A DNA stretch of 64,000 bases from a virus (lineage: Duplodnaviria; Heunggongvirae; Uroviricota; Caudoviricetes). Shown here piece after piece: positions 21,471 to 31,346 of the stretch. How positions within the stretch are numbered: position 1 is the stretch's first letter; each line of letters starts with the position of its first letter. Under the pieces are notes generated by a model, which was given only the letters and a program-made list of their open reading frames with translations, made no database searches and was not told the DNA's origin. The stretch covers positions 87,521 to 151,520 of the IMG/VR virus record IMGVR_UViG_3300035698_035307; one strand, given 5' to 3'. The translations under genes and the position numbers were made by a program.

Positions 21471-22773
21471 TTGGATTATAATTTATTTTTTCGTATTCAA
21501 TAACTTCACATTTTATAAATCTAGCTAAGTCTGTAATTTTACCTTTTCTAAATATACCACCTTCCATTGTACCGTTCATAATACTATTATTCCCAGTTAC
21601 AAAACAATCTTTAAGGTAGCAACTTCTATTAATATATGAGTTATCTATTCTACAATTAAGTAGTTGACTATTATCAAACACGTTACATGTCCAAAGTTCT
21701 ACGTTATCAATTGAACTTTTAAATATATCACAGTTGAATAGTCTTCCTTTTACTACAGAATCTATAACATCAATTCCTTCTAACTTATAGTTATTTAAGA
21801 GCTTAGCATCTTTAATCTGTATCTTGCTTGTATCACTATCATAGTTGATTAAACCTTCTTCCATTTGACCTTCTGTAAGAAGTTCATATACTTTATTTTG
21901 TATTTTACCCCAATATAAATTGATTCTACGTATGTCTGTGTCTAAATCAACTAACAATCCAATTTTTGGAAAGTATTCTTTGAAGTTTTCAAATGAAATA
22001 TAAGCTTTGTTTACATGTTCATGTGTTTTAAGTATTCTCATTAACTCGACTTTATTGAGTTCATTGAATGTTCGTTCTTCTGCTGATTCAAATAGTGAAA
22101 TAGCGAAGTGGTCCCATGTCGTAAGAATCTCTGAAAGTTTCTGTTGATAATCTTTACCACCTAAATATCTAAATTCAAGATAATTCTTTTGAAGTTTCTC
22201 GAAGTTGATTCCATAATATTTTTCGAATGGAACTATAAAGTCATGTGAATTAATGTTCTCTGAACTATAGAACGACTGTTTCTGTACAGGTTCAACGAAC
22301 TTAATAGATTTAGCATAAACGTTATTCTTTCTTTCAGGCCAGTATTGATATACAAAGTCTTCATCAAAGTCTAAGATAAACTTAAGTGGGTTTAACCCTG
22401 TTAAAAAGTTTGCACCATATTTATCCTTATTGTAAGAAATGTTCAAATGTATTCCAGCTCTATCATTAGTATAACCGTTTTCATCTATCCACTTGCACAT
22501 CTTTATTAAAATAATTCTACCATCCGCATATTTAAGTGGGCCAGTAATCAACTCAAATAGAGCTGCACCACCAGAAAAATCTGGTTCCATCTTAAACGTT
22601 TTATCATCAGGAATAAAATCACTGTGAGCTTTTTCCTCTACATGTATCTTCTTACCTAATAATTCTTCTAAGCTACGCTTTGTTTCCGCTTCTTCAAGAT
22701 TTGAATAAAATTCAAATTCGAATCCAATATTGGAATTTAAAAGCACACTTGATTTTTTCGTATCTAATAACAT
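21457..22773 (-). CDS. Amidoligase-like protein (glutamine-synthetase-fold GxExE...ExR pattern) with a Cys-rich C-terminal region, 438 aa.
   Basis: N-terminal IGFEFEF (GxExE), GIHLNIS and LEFRYLGG (ExR) follow the order of motifs in the phage 'putative amidoligase' family. The C-terminal 90 aa carry seven Cys in NC/DC repeats. Functional call is tentative. Confidence 0.3.
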   Translation of the reverse strand: MLLDTKKSSVLLNSNIGFEFEFYSNLEEAETKRSLEELLGKKIHVEEKAHSDFIPDDKTFKMEPDFSGGAALFELITGPLKYADGRIILIKMCKWIDENGYTNDRAGIHLNISYNKDKYGANFLTGLNPLKFILDFDEDFVYQYWPERKNNVYAKSIKFVEPVQKQSFYSSENINSHDFIVPFEKYYGINFEKLQKNYLEFRYLGGKDYQQKLSEILTTWDHFAISLFESAEERTFNELNKVELMRILKTHEHVNKAYISFENFKEYFPKIGLLVDLDTDIRRINLYWGKIQNKVYELLTEGQMEEGLINYDSDTSKIQIKDAKLLNNYKLEGIDVIDSVVKGRLFNCDIFKSSIDNVELWTCNVFDNSQLLNCRIDNSYINRSCYLKDCFVTGNNSIMNGTMEGGIFRKGKITDLARFIKCEVIEYEKINYNPNERY

Positions 22774-22782
22774 TCAAACGCT

Positions 22783-22802
22783 TTATTTTATGTATATATT
22801 CA
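22783..22802 (-). repeat. Exact 20-mer TGAATATATACATAAAATAA (minus-strand reading), copy 1, ending 10 nt upstream of the ATG at 22773.
   Basis: Identical 20-nt string also at 48666-48685, which likewise precedes a start codon (48652). Confidence 0.6.
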
Positions 22803-22818
22803 TCTCTAGAAAACCCAC

Positions 22819-22848
22819 CTCTGGCGATAACAAAGTATCGCCAGGGTT
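22819..22848 (-). terminator. Hairpin and probable terminator downstream of the S1-domain gene.
   Basis: 9-bp perfect stem ctggcgata / tatcgccag (22821-22829 and 22837-22845) with a 7-nt loop and flanking G+T/A-runs. Confidence 0.45.
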
Positions 22849-22858
22849 TTAAGGATTT

Positions 22859-24100
22859 TTATTTTGAAATTGTAAAGGTTATCTTCTTAGAAGACTTTTC
22901 AATTCTTGTAATTTTTACATTAATTTTATCACCTTCAGTTAATTCGACACCGTCGTATTCGCTAAAGTGAAGTAAGCCAGAGATTCCTTTTTCTAATTCT
23001 ACAAATGCACCGTATTCTTTGATAGTTAATACTTTACCTTCTACTGTAGATTGTACTTTGTACTTCTCATCGATATCATTCCAAGGGTTATTCTCAGGAG
23101 TCTGAGTTAAAATAATCTTGTTATTCTGAGCTACTTCTTTTACGTAGAACTCAATTACATCACCTGAATTAATATTCCTGTCTTGATGTAAATTATGATG
23201 AGATTTGTCAAGGTCTGATATGTGAATAAGACCTGTTAAGCATTTAGGCGCATCAGCTACTCCAAACTCGCAGAATACTCCGAATTTTGTTGTTCCTGTA
23301 ACAGTTCCTTTATACTTTTGTTTTGGATTTTGCTTAACATGTTCGATTGAACTTGGTATAAGCGTTTGTAAATAAGCTCTTGCTGATACTACAATTGTAC
23401 CTTTTTCAGGGCTAAAATTAACTGGCATTACAATTAATTCTTTACCTACATAATCTTCGAAGTTATCAATTTTGTTCATTGTAACTTGTGAACCTGGCAT
23501 AAAACAACCAATTCCATCAATCTCTACAATAAACCCACCTGAAATAAGTTCTCTAACTACTGCAGTGAAAGCACAAGACATATTGATTGAATCTTTTATC
23601 TCTTCTTCTTTCATTACTTTAATAGCTTCACTATATGATGCCATTATCGCATTGTTGTTCTCCTTATCGTTAGTAATCTTTACTCTGATAGCTTCACCTT
23701 GAACTATATTTTCAAGATAACGTTTTTCTTCCTTCTTCAACTCTAAGTAAGCATACTCTCTGTAGTTGATATCAAGAAACGCAGTAGTAGCATCAACTGA
23801 CACAACTAAAGCATCTACTGTCTCACCTTTTAGAGGAACTGCAAATCGCATATTCTCAGTGTTTTCAGTATACAGATGATATGCGTCTTGGGCATATTCT
23901 GCATGTGAATAAACTACTTCACCTGTTTTTGTTTTAATTGAGTTGTTGGAGTTAAGACCTGGTTTACTTGTTTTTTCAAATTCAGTCCAGTCAAATTCTT
24001 TGTGTTGGAGGGTTTTAGAATCTTGTTCGACTTTCTCGTCTAATTCTAATGTTGTTGTGCCGGGTTTTGTAAAAACCGTACTAATTTTACCTTTAATCAT
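22859..24100 (-). CDS. RNA-binding protein with tandem S1 domains (ribosomal protein S1-like), 413 aa.
   Basis: Repeated S1/OB signatures, for example ...GKVLTIKEYGAFVELEKGISGLLHFSE... and ...GTVTGTTKFGVFCEFGVADAPKCLTGLIHISDL...; at least three S1-like units. Confidence 0.7.
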   Translation of the reverse strand: MIKGKISTVFTKPGTTTLELDEKVEQDSKTLQHKEFDWTEFEKTSKPGLNSNNSIKTKTGEVVYSHAEYAQDAYHLYTENTENMRFAVPLKGETVDALVVSVDATTAFLDINYREYAYLELKKEEKRYLENIVQGEAIRVKITNDKENNNAIMASYSEAIKVMKEEEIKDSINMSCAFTAVVRELISGGFIVEIDGIGCFMPGSQVTMNKIDNFEDYVGKELIVMPVNFSPEKGTIVVSARAYLQTLIPSSIEHVKQNPKQKYKGTVTGTTKFGVFCEFGVADAPKCLTGLIHISDLDKSHHNLHQDRNINSGDVIEFYVKEVAQNNKIILTQTPENNPWNDIDEKYKVQSTVEGKVLTIKEYGAFVELEKGISGLLHFSEYDGVELTEGDKINVKITRIEKSSKKITFTISK

Positions 24101-24156
24101 TTATTTTGTTTTTAATAATACAATACTATTATATCAAGGTTATATATCGCGGTGAA

Positions 24157-24501
24157 TTATGTAATTGAGCCGGTTCCTGGCGCACTTGTCGCTCCAACTT
24201 GTGCAGTCGGTGAACCTGCAACATTAACAACTTGACCTGCATCTGTAATCACTGTAGCACTTTTTATGTAATCATCAATTGCAGTGGCTAGCTTACCTGC
24301 AACACCTGAAACGAAACTATCAGTAAAATCTCTAGCGATTTCTTCGTCGGTCGGGGCAGTTGCACCATCTACATTACCATTACCACCAAAAGAAAATGTA
24401 ATTTCTTTCATTTTAGTTAACATTGCTTTAACAGCATCCATAGATGCATCGTCAAATATAGTGTTTAATTCTTGTTCAAATGTTGCTTTTACTAATGCCA
24501 T
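24157..24501 (-). CDS. Small Ala/Gly/Thr-rich baseplate-associated protein (114 aa).
   Basis: ORF immediately downstream of the spike gene. Confidence 0.4.
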   Translation of the reverse strand: MALVKATFEQELNTIFDDASMDAVKAMLTKMKEITFSFGGNGNVDGATAPTDEEIARDFTDSFVSGVAGKLATAIDDYIKSATVITDAGQVVNVAGSPTAQVGATSAPGTGSIT

Positions 24502-24512
24502 AATTTTGTATT

Positions 24513-25307
24513 TTAATCTAATGAAACTTTTTCTGATAATGTTGCTGGTATTGTAGTATTTGGTAACGCAGGTAACTGACCTAATATAGCTGCAGACTGT
24601 GCTAACAAGCCATCATAACCTGGAGTTAATGGTGCAAATAAGTATACTGCCTTTGTTACAGCACTTTGTGTCGTACAGAACGTTTTAATAGCATCTGTTA
24701 AGTCTACTATTCTATCATGTAATTCAGTAAGGGCATCTACATTCTTATCTCCTAGTACTGCAGGTTCTGCTGACTCAGTTTCAGTACCTAAGCTAATCAT
24801 TGCTTCTTGTATATGAATACCTAAGCCTTCATTATGTTGAATCCAAATTGTATTGTCATCTCTCATATTAATTTGAGAATCTTTATAATTAATGTTGATA
24901 CCGTCTGCCTCATTGAAATAAGCTTTCAAATTAATATCAGTATCATACCATAAAGCTTTAACAGTATAGGGCGTATCCGAAACTGACACAACTTCATCTT
25001 TTAACTCTTGTGATACGTGTTGAATCTTGAAATAACGAGGTTGGTGAATATCACCGTTGTCAAAACGTACACCGACAGTAGTTCCTACTTTCGGAACATC
25101 ATAATTGCCTGCACCACTTGCTGAACCTGAACTCTGTTGATTATCACATACAGACCAAGGTAAATCTTCATCTGCAAACAAATCAAACTTACCCCACACT
25201 CTTATTTTAACTCTGTTATCAAAGTTAGGGTCTTCAATATTAACAACTTCGCCAACCCAAGTCGTACCTACTAAATCATCTTCAAATAATTCTTTCTGTA
25301 TGTCCAT
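24513..25307 (-). CDS. Baseplate central spike/hub protein, gpV / gp5 N-terminal OB-domain family (264 aa).
   Basis: ...VGEVVNIEDPNFDNRVKIRVWGKFDLFADEDLPWSVCDNQ...VPKVGTTVGVRFDNGDIHQPRYF... matches the Phage_base_V / VgrG-gp5 OB-fold signature. Confidence 0.6.
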   Translation of the reverse strand: MDIQKELFEDDLVGTTWVGEVVNIEDPNFDNRVKIRVWGKFDLFADEDLPWSVCDNQQSSGSASGAGNYDVPKVGTTVGVRFDNGDIHQPRYFKIQHVSQELKDEVVSVSDTPYTVKALWYDTDINLKAYFNEADGININYKDSQINMRDDNTIWIQHNEGLGIHIQEAMISLGTETESAEPAVLGDKNVDALTELHDRIVDLTDAIKTFCTTQSAVTKAVYLFAPLTPGYDGLLAQSAAILGQLPALPNTTIPATLSEKVSLD

Positions 25308-25312
25308 CTTAT

Positions 25313-26512
25313 TTAATTAACATTTCCTAAATCTACACCGTCATCTATATTCTCAAGTTGTGGGCCATGTATATTGCCGCCTACTGGTTGTCCAAATTCT
25401 TCTTGTACTTCATCAGCACTTAAATTACCAACAATACTAGATACACTCGCTTGATTAATTGCATCTAATGCTCCTGATATTGAAAAACCGTGTGCATTTC
25501 CTAAGAATAAGCCTGTTACGAAACCTTCTACAGCTCCTACTACGGCATTCTCTAATTGTCCTGCTATATTCGCAGCTGCATTACTTGCAACATCTTTTAC
25601 TTTATCCTTTAATTTATCTACTAAACCACCACCTGCTTCATTTGCTGTATTTAATCGTGCAGCAAGGTCACCGAAGTTTAAACCATTCTCATATTCCATA
25701 TTGTCATACTTAATGACTAACTTATTCGTAGCCTGTGCAGCTTCTGCAAATGATAAACTAGATAAATATTGATTCGATTCATCTGTTTGAAATTCACAGT
25801 GGTCTAATTGGAATAGCATCCAAGGAGAACTTTGATTAACGATAGCTGCAGTTGCATTACTATCTTTATTTAATACACTGTTGAATGCTCCAGCTGCTTC
25901 TGGATTAAGACCAGGCATATTCACCGCACCTGCTGCAGCTTGACCTAACAATGATTGGTTAATTTGAAACTTTCTTAATTCTTGTACCCAAATCCAAAGT
26001 CTAAATTGTCTTAAGTTCTCAGGTACTATTTCTCTCCTGTTCTTCATATCGAAACATGCATTACGATATAATTCAACTACTTGAGTAATCTTTAAATCAA
26101 TTGATTCAAGTGTGTTGATAGCAATAACAGCATCATCACCACCTTGATAAGGGTCTTTAAAGTTTTTGTATTTATATGCATTCTCAAGCCCTTCAATACT
26201 TTGCCAGTACCATGGCATGTTATGATTTAAGTCTCTTATAATTTCTGAAAGCAATTTAATATATTGAGCTCTTGTATGTTCGCCAATCTTTGTTAAATAA
26301 TTATAAGCTGAACCTGGAGCATTTGAAATATTTAATAACGGACTGTTCGGTTGAAATAAGAAAACAAACCCTAGATAAGTAGGGTCATTATACATACCTA
26401 ACTTACGTTGTGAACCTTTTACAAAATCAGCCCTGTTTCTCATTGACCAGGCATAGCCTCTATCGTCCATTTCACCTAATAAGAAATTCTTTGTATTTTT
26501 TATAAATCCCAT
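25313..26512 (-). CDS. Baseplate hub-associated hypothetical protein (399 aa).
   Basis: Position between the spike and gpX-like genes. Size is similar to hub proteins (T4 gp27 is about 390 aa). No motif verified. Confidence 0.35.
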   Translation of the reverse strand: MGFIKNTKNFLLGEMDDRGYAWSMRNRADFVKGSQRKLGMYNDPTYLGFVFLFQPNSPLLNISNAPGSAYNYLTKIGEHTRAQYIKLLSEIIRDLNHNMPWYWQSIEGLENAYKYKNFKDPYQGGDDAVIAINTLESIDLKITQVVELYRNACFDMKNRREIVPENLRQFRLWIWVQELRKFQINQSLLGQAAAGAVNMPGLNPEAAGAFNSVLNKDSNATAAIVNQSSPWMLFQLDHCEFQTDESNQYLSSLSFAEAAQATNKLVIKYDNMEYENGLNFGDLAARLNTANEAGGGLVDKLKDKVKDVASNAAANIAGQLENAVVGAVEGFVTGLFLGNAHGFSISGALDAINQASVSSIVGNLSADEVQEEFGQPVGGNIHGPQLENIDDGVDLGNVN

Positions 26513-26527
26513 TTTTATCTTTAAATT

Positions 26528-28030
26528 TTAAATTGGAGCTGGCCATTCACGTCTTGATAACGTTAGTTGCTGTTCCATTGTTCCTCTTGATTGTCTGTAT
26601 ATATATTTAATCTTTAGGATGATATAGAAGCCTGAATAAAATACATTCAGCTTAGGATTATTAGGATTTGCCTTTTTACCATCTGCTGTTTCATTCTCTT
26701 TCTGTGTATCACCTGATTTCTCGGCTTTCTGTTCTATATTTTGAGTTCTTGTCGCGTTCATTTCATATATTGCAACTGGCACTCTTTGATATCTATACAA
26801 TGACATATTAGCTGAAGGTAATATTACCTGTAACATGAGTTTTTCAATCTCTTCAGCATTCTGAAAATTCTGAATCATTGCATAATTATAATTTGGGTGC
26901 ACATTACCATTTGCTTCTACATCTGACTGTATACCTAAATACTTATATTTCATTTCAGTTTCAAATCTATCCTCATCACTTTTACCTTTGAGAGGTAAGT
27001 AATTATCTGGTAGGTTTTCACTTGTAAGTGTATCTAATGTAAATTCTACAAATTCTCGTTCTACTTGATTATAATATTGTACAACTCGTTTATATCCATT
27101 CTTTAAGAATATCTGGCCTGCGTTATTAACTAATCCATATTTTCCAATATATGTAGTCGAACCAGGACCTTCTTCTTTTCTATTTGTAAGTACTAACTTC
27201 TTCTCTATCTTATTAGCATCTGTATCATCAGCCATCTCTTTCTCATTAATAGAATCCATTAAAGATACTAATGTGTCTTCAACATTCTCATCTACAATGA
27301 GTTGTTGGTTTAAATTAACAAAGTTAAGATAGTAGTATGGGTCAATCGATGCTACAAAGAATGATTCGTCATCTTTATATGCATGTAATAATTCTCTCTT
27401 TAAACAACTTAAAGGCGTTTCATACGCACAAAATCTTACCTGTTCATCTGCAGTCTCAGTTTCATTACTTGCAAATCCTATTTGAAGATTATCTGTAATA
27501 GTTTGTAAATGGTTAAAACTTATGTCTGTACCATATGACTCGCATTTCTCAGCTAATAGCCCAGGAATTTTAGCTTGACATGAAAATGAATATTTTTGCC
27601 CAGAACCTAAGTCTGTGCCTGTACCTTGGTCTTCTGTAGAAACAGGTGCACTATCAATATTAAGAATATCAAAATCCATTCTAATACCTTTATAAACTTC
27701 TTCGTCCTTTGACTTAATTAAAAGTTCTAACACATCACCGTCCTTTGGATATTGACTAATCGTGAATACGCCTTTTGAATCTCTAAGTGTAACATTTAAA
27801 GTAGGAATAAAATCATCAAGAGAAAGCTCAAAGTAGATAACATCATCTTTCTGGAAGTCATATCCATTTATACGTATCCCAGGATATGCATCACCAATAC
27901 TTTTACTTAATTTATCTTTGTTCTTACTTCTGTCATCACCTTCTTGTGATTCCATATCAGTAATTGCAAACGGTTCAAGTTCTATTGTAGGTTCAGTTAT
28001 TGTTAAAATGTTAGTATCTATTGCACTCAT
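26528..28030 (-). CDS. Baseplate/tail hypothetical protein (500 aa).
   Basis: ORF overlapping the upstream LysM gene by 4 nt (ATGA). Confidence 0.4.
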   Translation of the reverse strand: MSAIDTNILTITEPTIELEPFAITDMESQEGDDRSKNKDKLSKSIGDAYPGIRINGYDFQKDDVIYFELSLDDFIPTLNVTLRDSKGVFTISQYPKDGDVLELLIKSKDEEVYKGIRMDFDILNIDSAPVSTEDQGTGTDLGSGQKYSFSCQAKIPGLLAEKCESYGTDISFNHLQTITDNLQIGFASNETETADEQVRFCAYETPLSCLKRELLHAYKDDESFFVASIDPYYYLNFVNLNQQLIVDENVEDTLVSLMDSINEKEMADDTDANKIEKKLVLTNRKEEGPGSTTYIGKYGLVNNAGQIFLKNGYKRVVQYYNQVEREFVEFTLDTLTSENLPDNYLPLKGKSDEDRFETEMKYKYLGIQSDVEANGNVHPNYNYAMIQNFQNAEEIEKLMLQVILPSANMSLYRYQRVPVAIYEMNATRTQNIEQKAEKSGDTQKENETADGKKANPNNPKLNVFYSGFYIILKIKYIYRQSRGTMEQQLTLSRREWPAPI

Positions 28031-28551
28031 TGTTTCTTAGTTTTCATATTAGCACCTAATAAAATTCTTTCATTCTGTATTAGCTTACTCTTCTCACCTT
28101 CTTTTAACATATTAGGTGGTAAGTTTTGACTTGAACCATTAGCTTTCGCTTCTGATTTAGCTTTAAGGTATTCTTGACGCTTCTTGTCTTTCTGACTAAG
28201 TCTTTTTTCATCAGTAAACATAGCTCTTGGATTGTTCTCTATTGTACTTGGCCTCTTATATTTAGCACGACCTGCACCTCTATCTGGGATAGCAAGTATC
28301 TGTCCTATTTTTAATGAATAGGGATTTGATATCCCATTATATTTCAGAATCATTTCTAAGCCATCTTCGGTACCGTAATAATCAAGTGCAATAATGTCAG
28401 GACGCATTTCTGTTTCTGCATTAACGACATGATAATCAACTATCTTGATTTCTGCAATCAATTGTAATACTGGTTCGCCCATTGCAAGTTTCTTATCACC
28501 TGAATAAGGGTCTCGTATCTTTCGCTTACTTTTTAATAATCTTAATCTCAT
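28027..28551 (-). CDS. LysM-domain tail protein (P2 gpX-like), 174 aa, with a basic C-terminal tail.
   Basis: ...DIIALDYYGTEDGLEMILKYNGISNPYSLKIGQILAIP... is a LysM-like motif. gpX-type LysM proteins accompany hub and tape-measure genes in myoviruses. Confidence 0.45.
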   Translation of the reverse strand: MRLRLLKSKRKIRDPYSGDKKLAMGEPVLQLIAEIKIVDYHVVNAETEMRPDIIALDYYGTEDGLEMILKYNGISNPYSLKIGQILAIPDRGAGRAKYKRPSTIENNPRAMFTDEKRLSQKDKKRQEYLKAKSEAKANGSSQNLPPNMLKEGEKSKLIQNERILLGANMKTKKQ

Positions 28552-28556
28552 TATCT

Positions 28557-30347
28557 TTATCCTTCATTTACGTGGAAGACGTTATTTGCTAATAATGTAG
28601 CTTTCTCAGAAGCTTCTGCTTCGTTATTGAGTTGCATTTCTGGAGATACTGCTGATGTTCTTCCTTCAACTGCATCACCTTCATCCATTATTTTAGACCA
28701 ATTTGTATTATTGCCTGCGTTTCCTTTTCTTACTTGATTAAATGCATCACCTGGTGCACCAGATTGGTCTGCATTTTTTGGATATCCTGATATCTTAATT
28801 GGTTGTTTACCTTCAAGATTCAGTACATCGTCTAATCCTTTTGGTGCATAGTATAATCTACCTCTACCTGCGTTGAACATGCTTTCTATATCTGCACTAT
28901 CTCTAGACCTACCTGGTTTTAATTTAACAGTAACAGTAAGTTCAGTTGGAAAATCACCTCTAGATAGTGGTGTGTCTAATTCCCATTGAACATCTTCTAA
29001 ACAAAGATTCCCAATCATACAGATTGGATTAAATGGGTTTCCTATTGTTAAATGCCATTGACCTGTTGGGTCACCAGTTAAGAAAGCATTTGCAACCTGT
29101 GCTTGCTGAGGAGTACTTAAACCTTTACTTAAAATACCACCAAGCATATCACCTGCTACATCTCCCATTCCTCCTAGTACACTATCAAGAGAAAAACCGC
29201 CTCCACCATCGCCAAACACATTTGACAACGCAGAACCAATATCTGACATTACAGAACTTAAGAATCCGCCAACATCACCACTTGCTAATTTATCATGGTC
29301 ACCTAATGGTTTACCAAATTTGCCGTTTCCAATATATCTTGTAGCTCCACCGAAGAAAGGTGCAGTATTATATGTAAGTACTAATAAGTTAGCCATTAAA
29401 TCGAGCATAGCCATCTTAGGGTCAATATCACCAATACTTCTTAGACTATAATGGAACTTCAATTCAAACTGTTGTTCAAATTCCATCCCTGTATCTCTTA
29501 TAATCATCTTATCGATAACGTTTAAAGGACCCATAACGTAGTTCGGGTAAGTTTCAGTTAAAGCATCGTAACCAGCATTCGCAGCATGTTGTCTAGCCCC
29601 TGCAGAAGTTTGACCTGCTGCTAAGCCGAAGAATGAAGAAGCTGCTCCACCTCCAGACATTCCAGTTGTTCCCACTCCTAAGAATGAACTACCTTGAATA
29701 CCCTGAGCTTTACTTTCAATAGTTTGTATCTTTGATTCAATTTCTTTCCACTTGAATTTAGTAGAAAATTTTAAAATATCTTTTAATTTATTATCTGTAG
29801 CTTCACTCATCCAAGTTACAGCCCTTGCTAAGTCAGGTTGGTCACCTGAAAGCAGCTTACCTGACTTAGAATCAGTTACTACATTATCGATTATATTATC
29901 TGTTACTGGATATGCAAAACGTCTTAGAGTTACCATATGATTGTTAGGTATTCTACCGTAAAACTTGTTGTATAGAAAATCAGCCCAGCCATATCTCATA
30001 CCCATTGTACCAATATTACCAAACTTCTCAATTAAAGCTGCAGCACTAGGATTCATAACGACATTGTCTAATGCAGTATTATCTCCAAGGTTATACTGGT
30101 CTCTAGTAAGTTCATTACCGTTCCATGGCATACCCTTATACTTAAATAAAGAATATCTGTTTATTATTGATGGTGGTGCTTTGGAAAGTTCTTGTCCTTC
30201 AGCATATTGTTCTATGTCTTGTAGTTCTCTATAAGAAGTGTTAATGCCTTTTCCAGCACCTAAGTCAAAATCACTCGCTGAAGTTAGCGGAGTTGATTTG
30301 TTTTCACTAGATTTTAATCCTGATAGAATTTTGTCGGCAACTGGCAT
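28557..30347 (-). CDS. Gly-rich tail/hub protein, possibly a tape-measure-like protein (596 aa).
   Basis: Long Gly/Ala/Ser-rich segments (GVGTTGMSGGGAASSFFGLAAGQTSAGA..., GDGGGGFSLDSVLGGMGDVAGDMLGGIL). Located upstream of gpX-like, as gp29/TMP are. Size matches T4 gp29 (about 590 aa), but no sheath or tube genes are nearby, so the call is weak. Confidence 0.25.
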   Translation of the reverse strand: MPVADKILSGLKSSENKSTPLTSASDFDLGAGKGINTSYRELQDIEQYAEGQELSKAPPSIINRYSLFKYKGMPWNGNELTRDQYNLGDNTALDNVVMNPSAAALIEKFGNIGTMGMRYGWADFLYNKFYGRIPNNHMVTLRRFAYPVTDNIIDNVVTDSKSGKLLSGDQPDLARAVTWMSEATDNKLKDILKFSTKFKWKEIESKIQTIESKAQGIQGSSFLGVGTTGMSGGGAASSFFGLAAGQTSAGARQHAANAGYDALTETYPNYVMGPLNVIDKMIIRDTGMEFEQQFELKFHYSLRSIGDIDPKMAMLDLMANLLVLTYNTAPFFGGATRYIGNGKFGKPLGDHDKLASGDVGGFLSSVMSDIGSALSNVFGDGGGGFSLDSVLGGMGDVAGDMLGGILSKGLSTPQQAQVANAFLTGDPTGQWHLTIGNPFNPICMIGNLCLEDVQWELDTPLSRGDFPTELTVTVKLKPGRSRDSADIESMFNAGRGRLYYAPKGLDDVLNLEGKQPIKISGYPKNADQSGAPGDAFNQVRKGNAGNNTNWSKIMDEGDAVEGRTSAVSPEMQLNNEAEASEKATLLANNVFHVNEG

Positions 30348-30382
30348 ATAATATCGTTATTTTATATTATATATCAATACCC

Positions 30383-30943
30383 CTACAACATTTTTATATA
30401 CTTGTCCCAAGGAATATTAGCGGCTTCTACTTTATCTCCCATGAATTTACGTAAACGGATATTAAAGTTGCCATAAGAATCGACAGAATATCGACCTTTA
30501 TAAACTGCTCTTAATGACATCTCACGAATTTCTCTCATTCGTACTTCTATTAAATGGTCTTGTAGCTTATTAAATAGAACTGTCATATCAGCTTTGAACT
30601 TCGTACACATAATAGAATCAACTACTACGTAAAAGTTCTTCTCATCGGCTTCGTTTATACGTTTAAGTAAATCTGAAGCATCTCTATATTCATGACCCCC
30701 CAACTTTAAAGCTCTTGGCTTTTTACCTATACTGTTTTGAAACCGCATGTCAAAGAAGTACCGCTGAAGGTACTTCAATGTGTCATAAAATTTTGTAATC
30801 TTTATCAGATATTGTGGGTTGATATCATCGAACTTTATTTCTTTAACAATTCCCTTTACTGGGATTAAGATGTTCGGCCTAACATTCGATGAAAGGAGTG
30901 CATGAACTTGCTCTCCTTTTGGAAATAATCTGTGGGTTATCAT
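30383..30943 (-). CDS. Hypothetical protein (186 aa).
   Basis: ORF; ATGA overlap with the upstream gene. Confidence 0.4.
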   Translation of the reverse strand: MITHRLFPKGEQVHALLSSNVRPNILIPVKGIVKEIKFDDINPQYLIKITKFYDTLKYLQRYFFDMRFQNSIGKKPRALKLGGHEYRDASDLLKRINEADEKNFYVVVDSIMCTKFKADMTVLFNKLQDHLIEVRMREIREMSLRAVYKGRYSVDSYGNFNIRLRKFMGDKVEAANIPWDKYIKML

Positions 30944-31341
30944 ACTTCAACATACTCGATTTTATCGAATTGTTCTAGAAATTCAACATATTCTTCTATG
31001 TTAATCTTAAGCTTTTCCGGATTCAGAACAATAAGATTCATTTCATATTCATCTGTATGGTAATCAGCTATCAATTCTTTAATCGCGCTTACTGTATCTT
31101 TTTCAAGAGTTTTAAGTGCGTATAAAATAGCTTTGGATTTTTCATTCTCCAAAGCTTTTAGTAATTTCTTGCGAATATAAGAGTTAATAACAATCGTAGA
31201 AGGTTTGATGCTGTTAATATCGTTCTTAATTAATTTTGATGTAATGTCATTATAGTTAATCACATCATCATACTTAGTACTTTTAGCATATTTCTTAAAG
31301 TCTAATTTATTTCTACTGTATATGCAACATATTTTCTTCAT
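30940..31341 (-). CDS. Hypothetical protein (133 aa).
   Basis: ORF in an operon-like arrangement. Confidence 0.4.
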   Translation of the reverse strand: MKKICCIYSRNKLDFKKYAKSTKYDDVINYNDITSKLIKNDINSIKPSTIVINSYIRKKLLKALENEKSKAILYALKTLEKDTVSAIKELIADYHTDEYEMNLIVLNPEKLKINIEEYVEFLEQFDKIEYVEV

Positions 31342-31346
31342 ATTTA

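Noticed and set aside
28557-30347. Confident tape-measure assignment for the 596-aa Gly-rich protein
   Set aside because: Composition and position fit a TMP or T4 gp29-like protein, but no sheath, tube or chaperone frameshift genes are adjacent. Kept only as a low-confidence call.
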